Shown here piece after piece: positions 28,035 to 34,555 of a DNA stretch of 47,170 nucleotides. The translations under genes and the position numbers were made by a program. Each line of letters starts with the position of its first letter. Within the stretch, counting starts at the first letter, position 1. Below the pieces are notes generated by a model, which was given only the letters and a program-made list of their open reading frames with translations, made no database searches and was not told the DNA's origin. Source of the stretch: an uncultured Planctomycetia bacterium (GTDB lineage Bacteria > Omnitrophota > Gorgyraeia > 2-02-FULL-51-18); the NCBI GenBank assembly GCA_964447745.1, contig CAYUTV010000001.1, positions 20,356 to 67,525 on the forward strand, given 5' to 3'.

Positions 28035-29260
28035 CGCGTCGTCTCCCGCGCCGCTTTGGCCTTTTCGAGCTCAACCAAACGGGTTTTTAAAACCTCGTTT
28101 CTCTGCTGCATTGCTTTGAGCGACGCTGCAAGAAACCCTACCGAGTCAGTAAGACTGATTCCTTTGCCATCCTCGCTCAATATCTCACGAGGCGCGTCCT
28201 CGGCAATAATACCCAAACGAAGTTTGTGGTTTTTGTCATCCGACAAATAATGGTAACGCACGACGTCGATGTTGCCTAGTTTTGTCAACAATGTGTTGTA
28301 GTCAGCCATACCTAAGGGCACGATGTCCTTTTTGTACTGAATGGAGCTAAACTGAGCCGCACCCTGCGCCTGAAGGTCACCATTCACGAGAAGCAATGTA
28401 TTCGCATTACCGGGCATGCCGCCGGTTCCGGGGGCACTTCTCGTACCGACAAGTACGGCCTGGGTTGATCCCGTCATAGATGCGCCGTCAACGCCCAAAT
28501 GGATCTCGCTGCCGTTAATGGTCAGCGGCACATAACTAACATCGCTGGGGTTTCCCATATATGCAACTCCGGTCTTAAACGCGCCGAAACAAGCTCTTTT
28601 CCCCGCATCGCCCACTTTGCTCGTATCATGTTCGGCGACAGCGTACACGTAGGCAATGTCACTACTTCCATAGGTGTAGGCGGGGCCGGGATTCGGACCT
28701 GTGTAATAGCCATGGTATGAAGGTAAAATATACAAATTCTTTAGCTTAATGCTCGGATCAACGCACCAGTCGCACACGCCCGGGCCTGCAACACCGCCGC
28801 CTCCTAATGGAAATTCGCTTTTACCGATGGTCACCTGGCCATACATATTTATTCGGAATGCATGCTGCCCGTTGGGACCTTTCATGCTCCCTGCTATAAA
28901 ATTAACGGGATTGGCGACAGCGTCTACAAAATTAGGTTCAACGCTAAGGTAGTGATCCCATTCGGGGAACCAGTCGAACCCTTCACCCTGCATATTCATG
29001 TTCCCCCAAATCACAACACTAACTGGCAATAGCGGTCCTCCGATAAACGACTCTCCGCTGGTTTCCGCGGGATAATCCGGATCAGTGTACCCCGGATGTA
29101 TTCCGGTATAATCCGTATCCACAAAAAAACGCTCGGCCGTAAGGTTCTCGTACTCCCCGTAAGGTATGGGATAGTAAGAAACGATACTCACATCATCGGC
29201 AAAGGCGCAGGATAGCGAAGTCATGAACATTAGAGTTAGCAAAAGGGTGCGCGGTGTCAT
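28031..29260 (-). CDS. Secreted fibre-like protein C with a C-terminal tail-fibre intramolecular-chaperone (Peptidase_S74-like) domain
   Basis: 409 aa. Signal peptide ..SLSCAFA/DDV. Gly/Pro/aromatic-rich body. C-terminal ~105 aa: SSIQYKKDIVPLGMADYNTLLTKLGNIDVVRYHYL..LGIIAEDAPREIL..VGFLAASLKAMQQRNEVLKTRLVELE. Confidence 0.7.
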   Translation of the reverse strand: MTPRTLLLTLMFMTSLSCAFADDVSIVSYYPIPYGEYENLTAERFFVDTDYTGIHPGYTDPDYPAETSGESFIGGPLLPVSVVIWGNMNMQGEGFDWFPEWDHYLSVEPNFVDAVANPVNFIAGSMKGPNGQHAFRINMYGQVTIGKSEFPLGGGGVAGPGVCDWCVDPSIKLKNLYILPSYHGYYTGPNPGPAYTYGSSDIAYVYAVAEHDTSKVGDAGKRACFGAFKTGVAYMGNPSDVSYVPLTINGSEIHLGVDGASMTGSTQAVLVGTRSAPGTGGMPGNANTLLLVNGDLQAQGAAQFSSIQYKKDIVPLGMADYNTLLTKLGNIDVVRYHYLSDDKNHKLRLGIIAEDAPREILSEDGKGISLTDSVGFLAASLKAMQQRNEVLKTRLVELEKAKAARETTR

Positions 29261-30300
29261 TTTTTTAAGTCCTCTATTCTTTTCTTGAGCTCCACGTTTT
29301 CTTCCTGTAGGGCCTTGGTCGATGCCATCAGGAAACCCATCGCGTCATTAATGCGTATAACTTTTTTGGAGTTGTCTGTCATTTCGTCAGGGGCTTCCTC
29401 GGCGATAAATCCCAGCGATTTCTTGGCGTCGGGAGAATCGCCTTTATAGCGAAAGGTCACCACATCAAGATTCTTTAATTTGCCGAGAATTTCATCATAG
29501 CCCTGTTTATCCAGGTAGGAAATGTCATACTTAGCGCTTCTGATGGAAGGCACGGTTAGACTCTGCGAGGCCACGTTTGTCGATGCATCCGATGCCTTGC
29601 CCACCACAACCCTCGCCGTATGGCCCGCGGGCAACGAAACGACCGGGTTTGCCTCTCCTCGAATGATCACCTGCCCTGCGATGGGGGCGTTGGTCTCGGG
29701 ATCCACCAAAAATCGAAGCGGCGCCCCGTCCAGATGCAGCGTTATATGCCTCTGATCTACCCCCGGCGTTCCCGTGACACCGGCAAAACCGTTATTCCTA
29801 TTATTGATATCATCGTTCGCATGAGTAATCTGGTAGGCGGCGCTATTAGGCAGATCGTTAGGGTTGCTGTAGCCTACTGCGCTTTTTGAGCGGATAGCCC
29901 ACGATGTTGAATTAAACGCAAAGTTGTCCGCATATTGCGACAATAGCGGAACAGCGTCCCATGAACCATTGACGCCATTTGCATCGGCCGTGACCCATCG
30001 CCTGGTTCCGCTTTCGTTATCCATCTCAGCAGAAGCACCATTGAATGAATACACGGAAAGATTTCCGCCTTGAGGGGATGCTAGGTTATCGTTATCACGA
30101 ACCTGAAGCTCGCCGTACATATGTATAGCGTTGTTTTTGACCTCTAATGCATTCCTGACCCTAAGGTCTTTATAAACACCGTTTGGCGAGGACATATATG
30201 TCGACACCTGCACATCATCCGCCATTGCATTGGGCGCCAGGAATAGAATGAATATGCTTATTTTGAGAACTCTTGAGATGTTAGTTAGCATAGGTGTCAT
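29257..30300 (-). CDS. Secreted fibre-like protein B with a C-terminal tail-fibre intramolecular-chaperone (Peptidase_S74-like) domain
   Basis: 347 aa. Signal peptide ..LAPNAMA/DDV. C-terminal ~96 aa: SIRSAKYDISYLDKQGYDEILGKLKNLDVVTFRYK..LGFIAEEAPDEM..MGFLMASTKALQEENVELKKRIEDLKK. An alternative start is ATG 30291. Confidence 0.7.
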   Translation of the reverse strand: MTPMLTNISRVLKISIFILFLAPNAMADDVQVSTYMSSPNGVYKDLRVRNALEVKNNAIHMYGELQVRDNDNLASPQGGNLSVYSFNGASAEMDNESGTRRWVTADANGVNGSWDAVPLLSQYADNFAFNSTSWAIRSKSAVGYSNPNDLPNSAAYQITHANDDINNRNNGFAGVTGTPGVDQRHITLHLDGAPLRFLVDPETNAPIAGQVIIRGEANPVVSLPAGHTARVVVGKASDASTNVASQSLTVPSIRSAKYDISYLDKQGYDEILGKLKNLDVVTFRYKGDSPDAKKSLGFIAEEAPDEMTDNSKKVIRINDAMGFLMASTKALQEENVELKKRIEDLKK

Positions 30301-31372
30301 CCTTTTTTAAAGATTTCTCCAAGCGACTGATCTCTTTTTCCATTTCCATGTTTTCTTGGATCAAACTTTTAATCGCCGCTATCACAAAAGCAATCTGATC
30401 GGACAAACTAACCGATTGATTGCTGTTTGAGAGAATCTCCGTTGGGGCTTCTTCGGCAATAATACCGGTATGCTTCTGCTCAGCTGCACTTTCATTTTTA
30501 TAGTGATACTGGACCATCTTGATATCCGCCATTTTCCTGGACATCAGAAGGTAATCGCCGGCATTCAACGGCTGAATATCTGTTTTTAAGGCGCGTGAAC
30601 TGGTATTGGTATAACTATGCGCCACAATATCCCCGTCAATATGAAGCTTGGACGTGGGCGCGGCCACACCCACACCTACGTTGCCCGTAGACGTGAGAGC
30701 CGGGACCGGGAGATATTCGCGATTATTCAATATAATGTACGGGCTTCCTTTGAAGAATATCGGCTGGAGAGCTCCTCCTTCCGTCGGGCGAGATTCAATG
30801 GTGGGAAACTCCTGATCAAGCGGATACCCATGCGCCCATGTGCCGGTATAATACCCGGTTTTAATCCTATAAACACCCGACAAATCAGTATTCGTGATTT
30901 GAAGCTCGTTAATAATAGCATCTTTTCTGATATCCAGCGGTGCACGAGGGCGATCTCCATTTGGCAGACCGACGCCCACCCAATGCTCGCCGGCCTCGGC
31001 GCCCGAGAAAGTTAATCCTTTGGCTACTTTTAAGCCCAGTCCTTGCTGTGCGCCGGCGTCCCGAGTGCCAACCATGAAATCATTATCGATAGTGACACTC
31101 GATCCATAGATGGACGCATATCCCAATGTGTAAAATTGCCCGCCGGAAATTTCGTTGTCGTAGAAAGTGAAACTACCCAAGGCGGCCTGAGCGGGGTTGG
31201 TCTCGTCCGGAGTCCGGCCGACTGTCAGGGAGTGAGTCACGCCAATAGTCTGATAATCGCCACTGGGCGAGGGGTGCAAATATTTTTGAACAACGTCGTC
31301 CGCGTACGCATTCACCGCAGCAAGCGTCACAATCAAACCAATGGTTAACTTAAAGGGTATATAGCGCATCAT
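30281..31372 (-). CDS. Secreted fibre-like protein A with a C-terminal tail-fibre intramolecular-chaperone (Peptidase_S74-like) domain
   Basis: Track ORF 30281-31558 trimmed to ATG 31372, which overlaps the upstream stop as TGATG and yields the signal peptide MMRYIPFKLTIGLIVTLAAVNAYA/DDV. C-terminal ~106 aa: SSRALKTDIQPLNAGDYLLMSRKMADIKMVQYHYK..GIIAEEAPTEIL..IAFVIAAIKSLIQENMEMEKEISRLE. Confidence 0.7.
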   Translation of the reverse strand: MMRYIPFKLTIGLIVTLAAVNAYADDVVQKYLHPSPSGDYQTIGVTHSLTVGRTPDETNPAQAALGSFTFYDNEISGGQFYTLGYASIYGSSVTIDNDFMVGTRDAGAQQGLGLKVAKGLTFSGAEAGEHWVGVGLPNGDRPRAPLDIRKDAIINELQITNTDLSGVYRIKTGYYTGTWAHGYPLDQEFPTIESRPTEGGALQPIFFKGSPYIILNNREYLPVPALTSTGNVGVGVAAPTSKLHIDGDIVAHSYTNTSSRALKTDIQPLNAGDYLLMSRKMADIKMVQYHYKNESAAEQKHTGIIAEEAPTEILSNSNQSVSLSDQIAFVIAAIKSLIQENMEMEKEISRLEKSLKKDDTYAN

Positions 31373-31779
31373 CAGTAACTCCCCGTTTCCGTGAGTACAC
31401 CGGCCTCGTTGATTGTGAATGTTTTGGTACCGCCTTCTCTCGTTGCGGTTGCCGTAAACGAATTCGAATCCGCCGTGATGTCGTAGGCATACGCCTGCCC
31501 CATCCCCAGCCAGCGGCTTGCGTAAGGATGATCGTAATTCGAATGATACTGTGCCCAATTCGAGCCTTCAAAAGGAACGTAACTGCCCGTTTCTTGGAAT
31601 GCCTTTTTCTCCACGCGATAAATAAACCAAAGCTTGTTGACAGCGTCCGCGGCTCTCGCCTGCTCCATGGATGCCGTATACACCGGGAACGATAAACCCG
31701 CGACAACTCCCAAAATAAGCAATGTCGCCATCAGCTCGGCTAGTGTATACCCCGTTCTGCTTATAAATAACTTAAGCAT
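31372..31779 (-). CDS. Type IV pilin-like protein (prepilin N-terminal domain), paralog 4
   Basis: Track ORF trimmed to ATG 31779: MLKLFISRTG/YTLAELMATLLILGVVAGLSFPVY. The C-terminus ..FTATATREGGTKTFTINEAGVLTETGSY parallels the other pilins. Confidence 0.75.
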   Translation of the reverse strand: MLKLFISRTGYTLAELMATLLILGVVAGLSFPVYTASMEQARAADAVNKLWFIYRVEKKAFQETGSYVPFEGSNWAQYHSNYDHPYASRWLGMGQAYAYDITADSNSFTATATREGGTKTFTINEAGVLTETGSY

Positions 31780-32194
31780 AGGTCCCCGATTCCGAAATAA
31801 CACCGGTTTGATTGATGCTAAATATTTTATTTCCCGGATTTCCGCGGGAAGCCGTTGCAGTGTAAGCGGTCGCGGGATTGCCCACAGTGGTAATCTGATA
31901 CGTATAGTATTGTGGGATGATATCGATGCGAAGCATCTGCTTGATATCTTCGATATCCGTTGTGGTCGCGCCCCAGCTCGGTTGATAAGCATCTTGGTTA
32001 AGCATGGTAATTTTTTGCGCGGCATGGATGGTCTGCAAAAAGGCTATCGCTTCACGGGAGCGGTTTCTCTCAATAACGCCCGTCAGCACCGGCACCGCAC
32101 AGGCCGTCATGATGCCCAGCGCCATCATCGTGACCAAGAGCTCCATGAGCGTAAAACCGTTTCTTTTTTTTCCGTTACTCATCATAATCTTCAT
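31772..32194 (-). CDS. Type IV pilin-like protein, paralog 3
   Basis: Track ORF trimmed to ATG 32194: MKIMMSNGKKRNG/FTLMELLVTMMALGIM. C-terminus ..YTATASRGNPGNKIFSINQTGVISESGTYA. Confidence 0.75.
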   Translation of the reverse strand: MKIMMSNGKKRNGFTLMELLVTMMALGIMTACAVPVLTGVIERNRSREAIAFLQTIHAAQKITMLNQDAYQPSWGATTTDIEDIKQMLRIDIIPQYYTYQITTVGNPATAYTATASRGNPGNKIFSINQTGVISESGTYA

Positions 32195-32612
32195 TGATGG
32201 TTCCGCCCTGGGTAATCCAATAAACTTTGTCTCCCCCCACACGCGTTGCGCTTGCCTCAAAACATTCGCCCGGCGGTCCGCATGTGGACGTTGTGATCGC
32301 GAAGTCGTAGTAATTTTCAACCAAATTCAAACCCATCGCAGCATTGATCGCGGAGATATCCGAGACGGTTGCGCTTGGGCTGGGCCAATACAGATCCGGT
32401 TGCATTTCACCAGCACCCGATCCGCTGGTTCTAAAACTCATTTCGGCGGAGTGAATCAGCATCAAAGCTGCGCGCGCTTCCTGTGCTCTCATGGATTCCA
32501 CATGACCGTGATACAGCGGGACGCTGGCTCCGGCCAGAATTCCCAGAACCGTCAATGTGATCACGACTTCCGTTAGATTAAATCCTCCGCTCATCAATTT
32601 TGGATAATTCAT
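32175..32612 (-). CDS. Type IV pilin-like protein, paralog 2
   Basis: MNYPKLMSGG/FNLTEVVITLTVLGILAGASVPLY. It has a short CGPPGEC loop. C-terminus ..ASATRVGGDKVYWITQGGTI. Confidence 0.75.
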   Translation of the reverse strand: MNYPKLMSGGFNLTEVVITLTVLGILAGASVPLYHGHVESMRAQEARAALMLIHSAEMSFRTSGSGAGEMQPDLYWPSPSATVSDISAINAAMGLNLVENYYDFAITTSTCGPPGECFEASATRVGGDKVYWITQGGTINEDYDE

Positions 32613-32736
32613 GCTTTTATCATAGTTTTAATTATTAGTTAAAGATACTTACTATATTTAAAATATACATTACTATACATATAAATACAAGATAATGCGT
32701 AAGTTAAGATATTTGAGGGATTTAAGATACAAATAA

Positions 32737-32769
32737 GAGCGGCCATAGCCTCTAAGGCCATGGCCGCTC
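32737..32769 (-). terminator. Rho-independent terminator (or attenuator) after the major pilin gene
   Basis: Minus-strand RNA: GAGCGGCCAUGGCC, UUAGA loop, GGCUAUGGCCGCUC (14-bp stem including one G.U), followed by UUAUUUGUAUCUU. It lies 35 nt past the pilin stop. Confidence 0.65.
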
Positions 32770-32804
32770 GCGGAAGAGAATAGAAAACGACTTTTTTACT
32801 GCTA

Positions 32805-33236
32805 TTACGTTAACGTTCCGCCCACTGTACCAGCTTGGTTCAGCGTCACGGTCTGCGCGTTAGTAGGACCGTTACCGGTACCGTTTCCGGTCGCCGTTAG
32901 CGTAAACGTCGTGGCATCAAGGTTACCGATGGTATAGGTAAAGTACTTGGTCTGACCGCCGGAGGCAGCCGCGTTGGGGCAATAATCAAGATTGCAACCA
33001 CCCGCAGAAACATCCGCGCCAACATAGGTACCGTTATTCTGCGCAAAATAACGAAGCAGTGCTTCTCTCGTCGTGCCCAGCGCCTGCAGCGCTTCCTGTC
33101 TGTATGCACGAGTCACCTGCGCCTGATACACAGGAACAGCCAACCCGGCAAGCACGCCAACGATGATGATAACGATTAGAATTTCGATGAGCGTAAAACC
33201 TTTTTGGTTTGCTCTTTTCTTATTACTAATTAACAT
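32805..33236 (-). CDS. Major type IV pilin / pseudopilin
   Basis: MLISNKKRANQKG/FTLIEILIVIIIVGVLAGLAVPVYQ is a canonical class III signal (GFTLIE). It has its own strong promoter, a GGAGGA RBS and a downstream terminator. It also has a CNLDYC loop. Confidence 0.85.
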   Translation of the reverse strand: MLISNKKRANQKGFTLIEILIVIIIVGVLAGLAVPVYQAQVTRAYRQEALQALGTTREALLRYFAQNNGTYVGADVSAGGCNLDYCPNAAASGGQTKYFTYTIGNLDATTFTLTATGNGTGNGPTNAQTVTLNQAGTVGGTLT

Positions 33237-33277
33237 TTCTATTATCCTCCGTTTAATTGAATATATTACATAGCATA

Positions 33278-33306
33278 ATTATATCATTCCATGTAATACT
33301 GTGCAA
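33278..33306 (-). promoter_or_regulatory. Near-consensus sigma70 promoter of the major pilin gene
   Basis: Minus strand: TTGCAC (33306-33301), 17 nt spacer, TATAAT (33283-33278). An 8-bp inverted repeat TATTACAT/ATGTAATA (33264-33271 and 33291-33298) brackets the -10 element. Confidence 0.55.
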
Positions 33307-33336
33307 GTGAATAACAAAATATTTAGTCTACTAATT

Positions 33337-34554
33337 TTACCTTATAGCCGAGCTCAAGTTCAGAATGGGCAAGAACATTGCCACCACCAACACGCCGACA
33401 ACGCTCCCTACAATAAGCATGATTGCCGGCTCAATCAGCGTGCTTAGGCGATTCACGAAAACCTCAACGCGGTCTTCATAGAGCTTACCCACGCGGGTTA
33501 ACATATCGGCTAAACGACCGCTTTCTTCACCTACCTTGATCATGTGGATCATGATAGGCGAAAAAACACTCTGCCTTTCTAAGGAATCCGAAAAAGGTTT
33601 ACCCTGCTGAACATCGTTGGCAGTCGCCACCAAAGCGTCCTCGTACAGCGTATTACCCGCCGCGCGCGAAACAATATTCAAACTTTCCAGCAAATTGACG
33701 CCGCTCTGCACGAGAGTAGCCAGATTCATACACACACGGGCTAAAATAGAATCATTGATCATATTTCCTACGACCGGGATTTTAAGCACAAAGCGATCCG
33801 CGTTGCGCTTCCCCTGCGGCGTCCGGACATATTGGTGCGTTAGGTAAACAGCGCCGGAAACCATGAGAAAAATGAGGATAAAATAGTGCTGAATGAATTC
33901 GCTCACGTCGATAACGCCTTGTGTCAGCGCGGGGAGCTTAGCGTTAAATTTCTTAAACAGATTCGCAAAAATCGGGATGATTTTAAGCAAAAACACAAGA
34001 ATGGATCCGATCGCGACAAAAACGAGCACCGCCGGATAGACCAGCGCGGAGACAATCTTCTTTTTAAGATTAATACTCGCTTCAAGGTGACTGGCCAGCT
34101 GATAAAGAATAACCGGGAGATTACCGCTGGCTTCGCCCGCTTCTATGAGAAAAGGCCAGAGCGAAGGAAACACTCGCGGATTTTTGGCAATCGCATCCTT
34201 AAACGAGGAACCGGCCTTGATATCCAAAGCCAAATCCTTGAGCGCGTCTTCCAAACGCAAGCTCTCGCATTGGGTGCCTATGATTTCCACCGAACGCAGA
34301 AGCGGAATACCCGCTTCGATCAAAATGGCTGTCTGACGGCAAAAGAACAAGAGATCTTCGGTCTTAATACGGCGGTGTTTTTTCTGTTTCTTGGCCGCGA
34401 TTTCCTTAGACTGCTCGCCGGTTTCGACAATTTTTGTAATAATCAGGTTGTGGCTTTGTAAAATTTTGATAGCCGCGTATTCGTTGACGGCATCCTGCGT
34501 GCCCTGAACTACCTTTCCGCTGGAATCTCTGGCGGTATAAACGTAGGAGCCCAT
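33337..34554 (-). CDS. PilC/GspF-family inner-membrane platform protein
   Basis: 405 aa with two GspF-type repeats (..LLFFCRQTAILIEAGIPLLRSVEI.. and ..ARVCMNLATLVQSGVNLLESLNI..) and three TM segments. Confidence 0.9.
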   Translation of the reverse strand: MGSYVYTARDSSGKVVQGTQDAVNEYAAIKILQSHNLIITKIVETGEQSKEIAAKKQKKHRRIKTEDLLFFCRQTAILIEAGIPLLRSVEIIGTQCESLRLEDALKDLALDIKAGSSFKDAIAKNPRVFPSLWPFLIEAGEASGNLPVILYQLASHLEASINLKKKIVSALVYPAVLVFVAIGSILVFLLKIIPIFANLFKKFNAKLPALTQGVIDVSEFIQHYFILIFLMVSGAVYLTHQYVRTPQGKRNADRFVLKIPVVGNMINDSILARVCMNLATLVQSGVNLLESLNIVSRAAGNTLYEDALVATANDVQQGKPFSDSLERQSVFSPIMIHMIKVGEESGRLADMLTRVGKLYEDRVEVFVNRLSTLIEPAIMLIVGSVVGVLVVAMFLPILNLSSAIR

Positions 34555-34555
34555 C

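Noticed and set aside
28031-31372. The tail-fibre-like genes could mark a prophage or a phage-tail-like particle (tailocin/eCIS).
   Set aside because: No capsid, portal, terminase, sheath, tube, baseplate, tape-measure, lysis or integrase genes occur in the window. The genes are translationally coupled on both sides to pilin genes, and each protein carries a Sec signal peptide, which phage structural proteins normally lack.
30281-32320. Track ORFs 30281-31558, 31372-32025 and 31772-32320 carry long N-terminal extensions (62, 82 and 42 aa) that overlap upstream genes.
   Set aside because: The extensions are Arg/His-rich and low in information, and each overlaps the preceding gene's coding frame. 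An internal ATG gives a clean signal peptide or prepilin leader right at the upstream stop. They are artefacts of longest-ORF calling. The same applies to 40563-41066 and 41590-42162.
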